IMG/VR virus record: IMGVR_UViG_3300030333_003568
Span: 1-54,445 of that record
DNA length: 54,445 nt
Direction: 5' to 3' (one strand)
Source of the DNA: a virus
Taxonomy: Duplodnaviria; Caudoviricetes
Of this stretch, positions 10,696-20,192 are shown in pieces (within the stretch, counting starts at the first letter, position 1; every line of letters begins with the position of its first letter). Position numbers and translations under genes: made by a program. The notes under the pieces are model-generated. The model saw nothing but the letters and a program-made list of their open reading frames with translations. It had not been told where the DNA came from and did no database searches.

Positions 10696-10932
10696 TTATA
10701 CTAATCTCATTATTATTGAAACTACTACAGGAGTTACAATTATTCCAATTGTTCCTACTGTACTTATTTTTGTCAAATTTGTTTTATTTTCCTCTACTTG
10801 ACCATTTAATTTGTCTAAATGCTTTTCAACTCTCTGAATAGCTTTAAAAATACTTATTTGGCGTTCTTCTAATTTAACCATTCTTGCAGAATTTTCTGCT
10901 CTATATTCAGCTACTGTCATATTACTTCTCAT
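10696..10932 (-). CDS. Coiled-coil plus C-terminal TM protein (holin/XhlA-like); start probably 10920
   Basis: Coiled coil followed by hydrophobic VGTIGIIVTPVVVSIIM. Confidence 0.5.
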   Translation of the reverse strand: MRSNMTVAEYRAENSARMVKLEERQISIFKAIQRVEKHLDKLNGQVEENKTNLTKISTVGTIGIIVTPVVVSIIMRLV

Positions 10933-11206
10933 TTCTTATTCTGTCTAATTCTTTTTCTAAATAATCAATTCTTTGATTTTGTTTAATATCTGCTGGAATT
11001 TCAGCATTTTGATTAGCATCTGCATCTTCCTCCATTCTGCTAATATGCTCTTCATTCATCGCTACTTGATATTCTAAAAAACTAATTCGAGTATTTAATT
11101 GACCATATCCCCATACCATAGCACCTATTAAACCTACTGCTTGAATAAGCATAGGAAGAGATATATTTAAACTACTAGAATCTGAAATTGGTTTAGTGTC
11201 TTCCAT
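10922..11206 (-). CDS. TM plus coiled-coil membrane protein (lysis-cassette type)
   Basis: One TM helix then coiled coil; resembles 11575..11967. Confidence 0.55.
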   Translation of the reverse strand: MEDTKPISDSSSLNISLPMLIQAVGLIGAMVWGYGQLNTRISFLEYQVAMNEEHISRMEEDADANQNAEIPADIKQNQRIDYLEKELDRIRNEK

Positions 11207-11513
11207 TTATTCTACTTACACTCCCTTTTATTTCCATTAAAACATCACTCATATCATTTACTTCTTTTACTAAATCTTCATGCCTTCTGTCTCTAGTTTC
11301 ATCTGAACGATTCCATCTATCTAAAAATTTTAACACTATTCCTTCTATGTTAGCAATACGAGTAGATTGTTCTTCGTTTTCTATTTTAAGAGCTTCTAAA
11401 GCTGCTGCTTGTTGATTTGCTCTTTTGCTCATAGAATAAACAAGGAACATAAACATAGCACCCACTACGCCTATCATTCCTGCTTCGGAATATAATGTTA
11501 AAAATTCTTCCAT
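11193..11513 (-). CDS. Holin-like TM plus coiled-coil protein
   Basis: N-terminal TM AGMIGVVGAMFMFLVY then coiled coil (BhlA-like layout). Confidence 0.5.
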   Translation of the reverse strand: MEEFLTLYSEAGMIGVVGAMFMFLVYSMSKRANQQAAALEALKIENEEQSTRIANIEGIVLKFLDRWNRSDETRDRRHEDLVKEVNDMSDVLMEIKGSVSRINGRH

Positions 11514-11574
11514 TAATTTTTTCCATTACCCATTATAATTGATTCTATTCTTGCACAAACTTCCATAAAGCCTA

Positions 11575-11967
11575 TTACTTTCTTTTCCTTTTTTTCTTCC
11601 AACTTAACGGATTTAGGTTTAAGCCTAGTTCCTTTTGATACCATTGTAGCTCCTCTTCCATTTTATCATATCTAATACGTTCTTCAGATATATGTTTTGA
11701 AACAAGTTCGGATATTTGATCATTAGCTTCAGCCATCCTTTGTTCCAATATTGTGATACGATTTTCGATACGCCAAGCTGCGTAAAGAAGTCCACCCACA
11801 AGCACCAAAAGCTGACCCAACCACTTAATATTAATATTGAGGGCGAGATTGTCATCAATGACATCGCCTCGAAAACTTCTAGCGGTTTTTGGTTTACCAT
11901 CTATTGACCTATTAGCCATCGTACTATTGTTATAAAAAACATTATAAAACCTACCACTCCAAACCAA
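11575..11967 (-). CDS. TM plus coiled-coil membrane protein; true start probably near 11919
   Basis: TM WLGQLLVLVGGLLYAAW, coiled coil, basic tail. Confidence 0.55.
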   Translation of the reverse strand: MVWSGRFYNVFYNNSTMANRSIDGKPKTARSFRGDVIDDNLALNINIKWLGQLLVLVGGLLYAAWRIENRITILEQRMAEANDQISELVSKHISEERIRYDKMEEELQWYQKELGLNLNPLSWKKKRKRK

Positions 11968-11993
11968 AAATGAATTTCATTATCTTCGTACAT
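11901..11993 (-). CDS. 30-aa single-TM micropeptide
   Basis: Manual translation MYEDNEIHFWFGVVGFIMFFITIVRWLIGQ; bridges two genes. Confidence 0.4.
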   Translation of the reverse strand: MYEDNEIHFWFGVVGFIMFFITIVRWLIGQ

Positions 11994-12255
11994 TCCTTCT
12001 AACCTCTTCATATTTGTGATGATAGTAACACCAATGAGTTCCTTCATACAGTTTAGTATACCAATGAACTACAGAATCTTGATCTACTATTTCATGAAAT
12101 ATTGTAGAATAGTGAGTAGAATCTGGCTTTACTTTACTTGATACTAAATTTGAATTAGAACAACCAGTAAACAATACAGCTATAAACATACATAATAAAA
12201 ATACAATATATGTTATAATGTAAAACTTTATCCCTCTTCTTGGATCGTCAAACAT
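11980..12255 (-). CDS. Putative lipoprotein (o-spanin-like position)
   Basis: Hydrophobic signal ending in lipobox-like LFTG-C. Confidence 0.5.
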   Translation of the reverse strand: MFDDPRRGIKFYIITYIVFLLCMFIAVLFTGCSNSNLVSSKVKPDSTHYSTIFHEIVDQDSVVHWYTKLYEGTHWCYYHHKYEEVRRNVRR

Positions 12256-12256
12256 T

Positions 12257-12691
12257 TTATTTTAGTATACTTTTAGATGTTCTATTTGCTATTCTAGATA
12301 ACAATTCTGATTTAGACTCGTTAGAGCTATAAGAAATTCCTCTTATATCATAAAATTTTTTTATTTCTGCTATGGTATTTGAATCCGTAGGGTAGTCAGA
12401 TTGTGAAGTTGCTACATTGTTTACAATATGATGTTGACCAGCCATTAGTCTACCATGTCCATTATCATATTTTTTTGCACATTCTTCAACATAATAAATT
12501 TCTGCATTTTTAAAAGTATTAGACCTTTTTACAACTTCTCCATCAACCTCTACAAAGTATTCATATCCAGAAGTGGGGTAAGTTGTTGTTTCTTTAGAGC
12601 CGTCAGAAAAAGTCCTAGTCCTAACAGCGTTAGGAGTTGTATTCTTATAAAGCTTTATATTATAACCTTGACTAGACCTACGGATTATCAT
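12257..12691 (-). CDS. Phage protein with C-terminal HeH/LEM-like motif
   Basis: TIAEIKKFYDIRGISYSSNESKSELLSRI. Confidence 0.5.
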   Translation of the reverse strand: MIIRRSSQGYNIKLYKNTTPNAVRTRTFSDGSKETTTYPTSGYEYFVEVDGEVVKRSNTFKNAEIYYVEECAKKYDNGHGRLMAGQHHIVNNVATSQSDYPTDSNTIAEIKKFYDIRGISYSSNESKSELLSRIANRTSKSILK

Positions 12692-12922
12692 TTACGCCTC
12701 TACTTCTTCCTTCTCAGGTTCTTTTAAAGATTCTCTTAACATATTAACAAAAGATGCTTTACCAACTTCTAATTGCTCTTTTACAAAAGCATTTGTGTTT
12801 AGCTTGTTTTGAATGTCGTTAATATGGTTTAGAATCCTTTTTGATTCATCAGACATATCTTCAATGATATATTCTTTATCATCAAAGTTTAACTTAGGCT
12901 GTTCTTTTTTATCTTTAGCCAT
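12692..12922 (-). CDS. Small protein downstream of tail fibre (possible fibre chaperone)
   Basis: FDDKEYIIEDMSDE plus coiled coil; position. Confidence 0.5.
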   Translation of the reverse strand: MAKDKKEQPKLNFDDKEYIIEDMSDESKRILNHINDIQNKLNTNAFVKEQLEVGKASFVNMLRESLKEPEKEEVEA

Positions 12923-12939
12923 TTTGTTCTCCTATTTTG

Positions 12940-15534
12940 TTATTCTGGTCTTTGATTTGGTGCTAAGTTTCCAACTCCATCAAGTGGGTCTTTTCCTTCT
13001 ACATGATCTGTTGATTTTTCTTCTGGTTTTAAAGGTTCGACTATCACTTTTCCATCTTTATCTGTCCAATCTGTATCCATCATATGTTTGTCTTGTCTTT
13101 CTCCAATTACAAGCCACGATATAGTAGCAGTTGAATTTTCATTTTGACAAGAAATGGTAAGAATATTTCCACTAACAGAACCCTTAACTGCATCCCAATC
13201 TGATTCATTAGAAGTAAAACATTGAACTTCTCTATTTAATGCAACAAAAGTACCATCTGTCATTCCTGCAACTTCGTCAATATTAATCGTTGCGGTTCCT
13301 TTTGATAAGTTTACCTTTCCTCTGTAGATGTTATCAGCTTGAGGTGCTTCAACAAAAGAATGAACTAGATGATGTGTGTCTTTTTTAGATTCTAATGGGT
13401 GGTCTATTTTAAAAGAACCACTACCTTTAGACAAAGCACCAGCTACAGTAACTGCTCCGCCAGATGCAATAGTTAATCTAGTAGATCCACCTGTTTGAAA
13501 TTCTAAATCCCTATAAGTTCCACTACTGCCTTTATAAACTTTAATAAATCCGCTGCCTCCATCAGCTTTACTCATAGTAATTACTTCATAATTACTTCCA
13601 ACATAATCATCACTATATATTGAAAGTATAGAGTCATTTAATAAAAGGTTGCCATCTTTAGTAAGTCTCATATATTCCGTCATTCCATCACCAGGATTTG
13701 TATAAAAAGACATTTTAGTTGGACAATCTGTGTTATTAGTCCAAGCACCTTCAGCGTTTACACTTATCTCTCCTCCTACTACTTCACCAGATGAATTTTC
13801 ATTACCATTAAATCTAAGGTAACCTAATGAATTACCATCTGCTATTGTATCACTAGCATTTAGAAGAGTAAGAAGATGCCCACCTGCCCTTGTTAAAACC
13901 ATTTGATTTGTTTCATATTGCATCGTAGTAATAGATGATATGGTTGTATTTCCTTCTAAGCTAGTTGTACCACCTACATATAATTTTTTAGCGATAGATG
14001 CTCCACCTTCACATCTCAATGCGCCAGTGTCTCCAGAATCATTACTTGCATCTGTATTGTCTGTAATATCTACTACACCATTAAAAGTAATACCATTAGC
14101 ATCAATCTGTGCTTGTAAAGTTGAAGCACCAGAGTAAAGCCTAAGTTGATTACTAGTTCCCTTTCCATACAATTTCAACCCATCAGCATCACCTAGCATT
14201 ATTCCTGCATCTCCGTGTGTATCTATTGAAAGTTTTATTTGAGGGTCTGTAGCGTGATAAATCTCTAATTCAGAATCTGGGTCTGTAACTCCAATTCCAA
14301 CATAGGAACCATTTGGCTGTAATACCAATGGTCTATATGCAGTAGCGTGTTCTACGACTCCATAATAGCCGTAATTACTAGAATTATTTACACCCCAGTA
14401 ATGTCTTAATTCCCCAGAAGCATCTCCCCCAACTGTCATAGCTATATTACCATTTTCATCCGTATCATCAGTTGTGTGTTTTACATGAAAAGTTGCCAAT
14501 GGTGAGGCGGTTCCCATTCCAATAGTCCCATTATTAAGAATAGTCATAGCCGTAGTAAATGTTTGAGTCCCACTTGTAGCAACGGCTGCTGCGACATCAA
14601 ATTCATGTGTGCCATTAACTAGTTTATATCTACTTGCTTCATCATTAACAAGAGATTTATTATTACTTCCATCCCAATAATTATTACTTGCTAATATTGT
14701 ATATTGACCAGCAGAGGGTGAACCAGCCGTAGACATTAAGGCACCAGTGCCTCCAATTTGTACAGCGTCATAAGTATCCCAAGTGGCTTGAGGCGTTGTT
14801 CCAATTCCAACTTTGCCACTTGAGGTAATTCTCATTCTTTCATTATATGAATTATTTTGAAGTGTACTAAAAGACATATATGCATCAAAAGTACTAGTTG
14901 TTCCACTCCAAAACTGCTCTTTTCCAGTTTTAATTAAAGAACCTCCTTTTGCATTTCCATCGTTCCCATATAAAACACTAGATATAGTAATAGTTTCGGC
15001 AAAATCTGAATCTCCAGCATCGTGAGCTGAATTATCTATTCTAAAGTCAACATCTCCATCTTCGTGTGAGCCTACAATATGAACCTCTGAATCGGGAGTA
15101 GATGTTCCTATTCCTATATTACCACCACTAAAAAGAGCTGGGTAATTTGTATCTGATCCACTTACATTGACATTTAAGCCTACATTTGTTGTTGTTCCTT
15201 GATTGCTTGTAGAAACAACATCCAAATCTAAACCAGTCATATTAACGGTACCTGAAGCATGATTAGTAGCACCATCATTTAATTGCAAAGCTAACCCAGT
15301 TAAATTAGCAGTTTGACCAGAGGCTGTTACTCCAGACTTGTCAAAGTCTACATATAATACTCTTTCTGTTGCGCTTGTAGTGGCAGTATAATCATTATCA
15401 ATTATCATATTACCAGATACAGTTTCATCAAATGTAAGACTACCTCCCCCAGATACTGTTAAATCTCCAGTAATTGTTAAATCACCAGATATTGTTCCTC
15501 CACCAGTTAATGGAGCACTTCTTGAAAAACCCAT
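12940..15534 (-). CDS. Tail fibre protein
   Basis: Repeated GNIGIGTSTP/GKVGIGTTP/GTIGMGTASP/YVGIGVTDP units and C-terminal GSFKIDHPL...LVHSFVEAP..IYRG domain. Confidence 0.8.
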   Translation of the reverse strand: MGFSRSAPLTGGGTISGDLTITGDLTVSGGGSLTFDETVSGNMIIDNDYTATTSATERVLYVDFDKSGVTASGQTANLTGLALQLNDGATNHASGTVNMTGLDLDVVSTSNQGTTTNVGLNVNVSGSDTNYPALFSGGNIGIGTSTPDSEVHIVGSHEDGDVDFRIDNSAHDAGDSDFAETITISSVLYGNDGNAKGGSLIKTGKEQFWSGTTSTFDAYMSFSTLQNNSYNERMRITSSGKVGIGTTPQATWDTYDAVQIGGTGALMSTAGSPSAGQYTILASNNYWDGSNNKSLVNDEASRYKLVNGTHEFDVAAAVATSGTQTFTTAMTILNNGTIGMGTASPLATFHVKHTTDDTDENGNIAMTVGGDASGELRHYWGVNNSSNYGYYGVVEHATAYRPLVLQPNGSYVGIGVTDPDSELEIYHATDPQIKLSIDTHGDAGIMLGDADGLKLYGKGTSNQLRLYSGASTLQAQIDANGITFNGVVDITDNTDASNDSGDTGALRCEGGASIAKKLYVGGTTSLEGNTTISSITTMQYETNQMVLTRAGGHLLTLLNASDTIADGNSLGYLRFNGNENSSGEVVGGEISVNAEGAWTNNTDCPTKMSFYTNPGDGMTEYMRLTKDGNLLLNDSILSIYSDDYVGSNYEVITMSKADGGSGFIKVYKGSSGTYRDLEFQTGGSTRLTIASGGAVTVAGALSKGSGSFKIDHPLESKKDTHHLVHSFVEAPQADNIYRGKVNLSKGTATINIDEVAGMTDGTFVALNREVQCFTSNESDWDAVKGSVSGNILTISCQNENSTATISWLVIGERQDKHMMDTDWTDKDGKVIVEPLKPEEKSTDHVEGKDPLDGVGNLAPNQRPE

Positions 15535-15544
15535 ATATTACCTC

Positions 15545-15850
15545 TTAAAAATATCCTATTACTTTGAAAGCAGATTCACTTCCTCCAAATACAAATGAAT
15601 CACAAGCAAATGGAACAATAGCACCTGGTGCAAATATAGCTGCAACTGCAGCGCCTGGTATAACAATTGTTTCACCACTTCCTAATGTTAATGTTAAATC
15701 TTCAGTACCAGCAGGAACGACAACTCCCATCATCCCTCTAGTTGTTTGTGAAAACGAAACAGCGGTAGTTCCATCACCAGTTTTTATTTCACATGAGGTT
15801 ATTGGAGCACTTGATTCTTTTACACTCCAGCTTTGAAGTCCTTTAGCCAT
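15545..15850 (-). CDS. Small virion structural protein (putative)
   Basis: 101 aa, beta-rich, AAGGAG SD, within structural block. Confidence 0.5.
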   Translation of the reverse strand: MAKGLQSWSVKESSAPITSCEIKTGDGTTAVSFSQTTRGMMGVVVPAGTEDLTLTLGSGETIVIPGAAVAAIFAPGAIVPFACDSFVFGGSESAFKVIGYF

Positions 15851-15930
15851 CTTTTTTCTCCTTAGTTACGATACCTTACCGAGCTTGACATTTCTCATGG
15901 GCATCTTGGTTAATTCTATATTTAATTTAC

Positions 15931-16641
15931 TTATTTCACTGCAAATGTGGAAGATGGAAAATTAATAGAAATTCTTCTTTTATTGCTTTCATTGTCAGAA
16001 ACTTTTTTCCAAAATTCTCTCATGCAATATTCCTTACCTTGCAAATCTCCTTGACCTTCTTTTATTTGAGCTTTTACATAGTCTACAACCGCCATACATA
16101 ACATTCTACTTAGATTTACATGAGAAGTTTCATCTACACTCGCATCTGCTACAGAACTAGGTATTTGATATATTGTAATACTTTCACCAGATGATTCGGT
16201 TGTAATTGATTCAGAAACTGTTATATCTGCGTTACCTGTTCCAGTTAAACTTGCAATAGTAAAATCTCCATCATTACTAGACGACCCTATTATTCTAATT
16301 TTATCACCTACTGCAAATCCATTTGTAGCCCAATACCCACTAGATCCAGTAGCTATTTTTTTAGTTCCAGATGTAAATGTAAACCCAGTTCCAGACGCTA
16401 CACCTGAAGTATCTTCTAAAGCTTCACTAACAAAAGCCTCTAAAGAAGATGTGTATTCAATTCTTAATCCATTTGATATGTCTTCATCTGGATAAATTAA
16501 TTGTTTTTTAAAAGAACTACTTGGCAGTTTAATTCTATGACCATCTATTGTATCGGTACTAGCACTATCACTTATTTGCCATATATGAATATACCTTCCA
16601 AATAAAGAATAAACCCATGTTTTATCTGTTCTGTATGACAT
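15931..16641 (-). CDS. Tail/connector structural protein
   Basis: Context; inserted GFAVGDKIRIIGSSSNDGDFTI module. Confidence 0.5.
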   Translation of the reverse strand: MSYRTDKTWVYSLFGRYIHIWQISDSASTDTIDGHRIKLPSSSFKKQLIYPDEDISNGLRIEYTSSLEAFVSEALEDTSGVASGTGFTFTSGTKKIATGSSGYWATNGFAVGDKIRIIGSSSNDGDFTIASLTGTGNADITVSESITTESSGESITIYQIPSSVADASVDETSHVNLSRMLCMAVVDYVKAQIKEGQGDLQGKEYCMREFWKKVSDNESNKRRISINFPSSTFAVK

Positions 16642-16919
16642 TATTCTGGATCCGTATCTTCTGCTATTTTAATATTGTTAGTTACTCTTCTTATTTTTTT
16701 ATATTTATTATCTTGAGTATCTTTAATAGACACTGATAATAATTGAATCATATCAGATGGTGCTACATATTCTCTTTCACCATCAATAATATTTTGTTTA
16801 TTTACTTTAATATTTTCTGGGCTTTGAGATTTTATCAAATTAAATGCATCTTTTACCCAAGCTTTGGCAAGACCAGTCTCTTTGACCCCAGTTCTTTCCA
16901 TTATTTCTTGTAATGTCAT
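16641..16919 (-). CDS. Putative head-tail adaptor-type protein
   Basis: MTLQEIMER start; IIDGEREYVAPSDMIQL resembles adaptor motif. Confidence 0.45.
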   Translation of the reverse strand: MTLQEIMERTGVKETGLAKAWVKDAFNLIKSQSPENIKVNKQNIIDGEREYVAPSDMIQLLSVSIKDTQDNKYKKIRRVTNNIKIAEDTDPE

Positions 16920-17632
16920 CTTGTTTCACCTTGTTGTTGATTCATTTGAGATTGTAATATAGATTCATAACTCCTATCTGGAATAAAGCTTTGATTATAT
17001 GAATTTTGTAATTGTTGTAAAGTTATTTGCAAAGCACCACTTAATTCTATATCTTCTTCATCTAAAGTAAGGCTTGCTAACTTTGCTTCTATTGATTTAA
17101 TAGCCGCATATAAAACAACTAAATAAACTTTGTCATCTGAAAAATATTTTATATCACTATGTGAGTAAGCTAATAAACTTCCTCCTTTGTCAACAGGAAG
17201 ATTATTTACATAATAAACTTTAAATGCATCTGGATTAGACCCAGGCGAAGGAAAAACACTTATTGTTCCATTCTCATTAACCATATAAGCTGGGTTGTAT
17301 TTAGATGCGTAGTGTAAACTATTAGTATCTGTTACATTTGATTGAAGAGCAACTGATATTTCTCTGCAGTCTCTCCAATCGTTATCAGTTCCAGCTTCTC
17401 TAACAACTGAAACAATTTTAGCACCATTTATATCTAGACCATTTGAAGTTTGCTCAGAGCTTTCTTTTATAAACATATGAGTATCTTGAGGTCTAATTGA
17501 TAAATGTTTTGAAGTTACATCTATAACTCCATCTTTTAAAAATTGAGATAGTTGAGCTTGAGTTGGATAACTGTTGCTACTTTCAATATCAATTGATGTT
17601 AATCCTTCTACTTGAGCTTCAAATGTTGCCAT
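16916..17632 (-). CDS. Putative head-tail connector/adaptor protein
   Basis: Position after capsid genes; YNPAY...ISVFPSP...LVVLYAA motifs. Confidence 0.5.
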   Translation of the reverse strand: MATFEAQVEGLTSIDIESSNSYPTQAQLSQFLKDGVIDVTSKHLSIRPQDTHMFIKESSEQTSNGLDINGAKIVSVVREAGTDNDWRDCREISVALQSNVTDTNSLHYASKYNPAYMVNENGTISVFPSPGSNPDAFKVYYVNNLPVDKGGSLLAYSHSDIKYFSDDKVYLVVLYAAIKSIEAKLASLTLDEEDIELSGALQITLQQLQNSYNQSFIPDRSYESILQSQMNQQQGETR

Positions 17633-17655
17633 ATTATTTTATTTTTATAAGGTTA

Positions 17656-17685
17656 TGCTACTGCTCAAAAAATCAAGCAGTAGCA
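17656..17685 (-). terminator. Stem-loop after capsid-accessory genes (terminator or mRNA stabiliser)
   Basis: Perfect 10-bp IR TGCTACTGCT/AGCAGTAGCA; no long U tail. Confidence 0.5.
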
Positions 17686-17712
17686 ATTCCCTTATTTTAC
17701 CTATTTAGAAGA

Positions 17713-18222
17713 TTATGTAGTGCCAGATGTTATTCCTTCAGCTACAAAGCATGCACCTGAAAAATACCAACTTGTACCATCGCTAATTACTTTTACCCAA
17801 TCTCCAACAACTGATTGACCACCAACAAATGTAATAACATCTGCGTTAGCATCATATTGTCCAAGATCGTCAGCAGTTGCACAAGTAACCATTCCAATCA
17901 TTATATCAGCTCCACCATCGGTTACAATAGTGTAATTAGCTCCAGAAGGAGCTGCTTTTACAATGAAAGTATAATTAAGCCCAGCTGCTGGGGCAGGTAA
18001 GGTAGAAGCAAATTCAGTCGATGAATTTAGAAAAAAAGTTTTTCCAGATTCAGCGGCTGTAATTACATTTGCTGCTGTAACATCCTCAATCCCACTAGAA
18101 GGATTGCAAGCAATATCAATTTCAGCAGAAGTTGAATTACCCGCACCTATGTCTTTAAGGACTTGAGCTTGAGAATCGGTAATCTCACTATTAGGATTAT
18201 TAGCAACCCAGTATTTAGCCAT
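17713..18222 (-). CDS. Capsid-associated accessory/fibre protein
   Basis: AAESGKTFFL...LPAPAAGLNYTFIV...GDWVKVISDGTSWY beta module; follows capsid gene. Confidence 0.55.
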   Translation of the reverse strand: MAKYWVANNPNSEITDSQAQVLKDIGAGNSTSAEIDIACNPSSGIEDVTAANVITAAESGKTFFLNSSTEFASTLPAPAAGLNYTFIVKAAPSGANYTIVTDGGADIMIGMVTCATADDLGQYDANADVITFVGGQSVVGDWVKVISDGTSWYFSGACFVAEGITSGTT

Positions 18223-18233
18223 AATTTAACTCC

Positions 18234-18548
18234 TTACGACTTTTTAATTACCAAACAGTATGCTGTTGCTGCTGCTAAATTAACGGCTCCACCAGTGTTG
18301 TTTGCCAACACTAATGTAACTGTATTAGCTGCTGTAACTGCTCCTCTTAGAACTAAATCAGCTACGTCTATACTAAGACTAGACATAACAAAATCTCCAA
18401 GAGCGGCTCCTGTTACTGTAATTTCTAACGCTTCTTCATCTCCATCAGCTATAGAACCAGCGTCCCAAGCTTTTGAGCCTGAAAGAGCATTAGCGAGTTG
18501 ATCAATATTAGAACCATCTTTATTTTGTCCATACATTGGAATAGCCAT
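18234..18548 (-). CDS. Putative capsid decoration/cement protein
   Basis: ITVTGAALGDFV...VTAANTVT motif; directly after MCP; strong GGAGG SD. Confidence 0.55.
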   Translation of the reverse strand: MAIPMYGQNKDGSNIDQLANALSGSKAWDAGSIADGDEEALEITVTGAALGDFVMSSLSIDVADLVLRGAVTAANTVTLVLANNTGGAVNLAAATAYCLVIKKS

Positions 18549-18560
18549 TCTAATACCTCC

Positions 18561-20132
18561 TTACGACCAATAAGCGTGGGCTTCTGGCATTGACCATTCC
18601 ATCCCAGCTTCTGTTTGAATTAAGTCAACCCTTCGGTCAACACCACTGTTTTCTAAGGTTTGGACTCCAACATAAATAGCCGTATCTCTATTTAAGCCAT
18701 TTCCAACAAGAGGTCTGTATGCACAATGCCTCATGTTAACAGCTAGCATTTTGACTGGGCTACCATCAAGGTGAACATTACGAGCTACATTCATATCACC
18801 ATAAGGTGTAGAGATAACTGTAATATCAACTCCCAATACCTTCTTTTTGCCAGTAATTGACATATCAGCTCTATAGTTAGGCGATATTTCAAGATTATTA
18901 GCAAAATAACCACTTAGCTTATGTAACCAATTAAAAGTAGCAGTATCTACAAAAAATAGAGATGCATTAGCATTGTTATAACGAGGGTCTAAGAAGTTAC
19001 TCATATCTTGCAAAAAGTCATCTTGAGTTTTGCTTGAGTGAGTTAAGCTAAAAATATTACCATATTGTGTAATATAATCAACAGCACCTTGAGTATACCA
19101 TTCATCACCAGAGTCATATTGAGAACCAAACAAACAACTTTGTTCAATATCCCATTTATGCTCAATCAACTTTTCACGCCAAACTCTAGCCCACTCACTT
19201 GCATCATACTTGAGGACGGTAGCACGAGTTGTGTTATCCATCGCCATAGCAGTCTTCCAAATTTGTGTACGACCATAAGCTGTCGAGAAAGGTTGATCTT
19301 TCCAAGTCTCTGGGTAACCAGAACCTTGACCATGAGCTGTTCCAACAACATAAGACCTATAGTCTTCAAGACCAGCGTTATTTGTTTCTCCTTCACCAGA
19401 GATACTTACATTGTATGTACGATCTCCAGCTGGAGCTGCTGAGTTTACACCCGCAATAACATCATGACCAGCTGATTTTGTTTTTACAACAGTTCCTTTC
19501 AAGATCGCGGCTTCTCCTTGACCATGAGCAGTTGGTGGGTTTGTAGATTCGTCTTGAAGGGTTACGCTATCTACTCTTATTATAGCATAAGAAGCTGTTT
19601 TTTGTTTAGCAGATAAAGAAGCAGATGCATTACCAAAATTTATTCTGACCATTTGGTCTTTCATATAAAATTGTGGTTGAGTTCCTGCTCCTCCGATTCT
19701 TACTTCGTTACCTGTATTTCCATAAACATTTGATATATTACCAGAATGTTTATAATCGCTCATCATCTTAACATAAACAGTAGTACCTGCTGTTTCATAA
19801 CTATCCAATTGAGTATCAATATCTGTTCCATCAAGGGTCTCAACCCACGTTGAATTGTCGTTACTAAAAGCTACAGGATATGCATACCTTTTATGAAAAG
19901 ATGGTCTGCGTTCTGTGAATTTAAATTCTGGGTCATCAGTTGGTTTCTTTGAAAGTTTAGAAACCATTCTGAAAAAAGGATCCTGAGCTATTGCTAACTC
20001 AGATACTCTATCCCCAAAATTGTATTTTCTCCGAAGCGCGCCTGTATCGAGGTCTTGACCATAGAGCGGTTGCCCAGTTGATCCACCAGAAGATACATCA
20101 GCGGTTGCTTCTAGATTAAATAAGTCAGCCAT
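18561..20132 (-). CDS. Major capsid protein
   Basis: 523 aa after portal and scaffold; TQIWKT, EHKWDIEQSCLFG, TPYGDM, TEAGME motifs of HK97-fold MCPs. Confidence 0.8.
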   Translation of the reverse strand: MADLFNLEATADVSSGGSTGQPLYGQDLDTGALRRKYNFGDRVSELAIAQDPFFRMVSKLSKKPTDDPEFKFTERRPSFHKRYAYPVAFSNDNSTWVETLDGTDIDTQLDSYETAGTTVYVKMMSDYKHSGNISNVYGNTGNEVRIGGAGTQPQFYMKDQMVRINFGNASASLSAKQKTASYAIIRVDSVTLQDESTNPPTAHGQGEAAILKGTVVKTKSAGHDVIAGVNSAAPAGDRTYNVSISGEGETNNAGLEDYRSYVVGTAHGQGSGYPETWKDQPFSTAYGRTQIWKTAMAMDNTTRATVLKYDASEWARVWREKLIEHKWDIEQSCLFGSQYDSGDEWYTQGAVDYITQYGNIFSLTHSSKTQDDFLQDMSNFLDPRYNNANASLFFVDTATFNWLHKLSGYFANNLEISPNYRADMSITGKKKVLGVDITVISTPYGDMNVARNVHLDGSPVKMLAVNMRHCAYRPLVGNGLNRDTAIYVGVQTLENSGVDRRVDLIQTEAGMEWSMPEAHAYWS

Positions 20133-20192
20133 TTGACTTACTCCTTATTTTAGAGTTAAAGCATCTGGCTATGACTGAAAAAAGTTCAGCTA

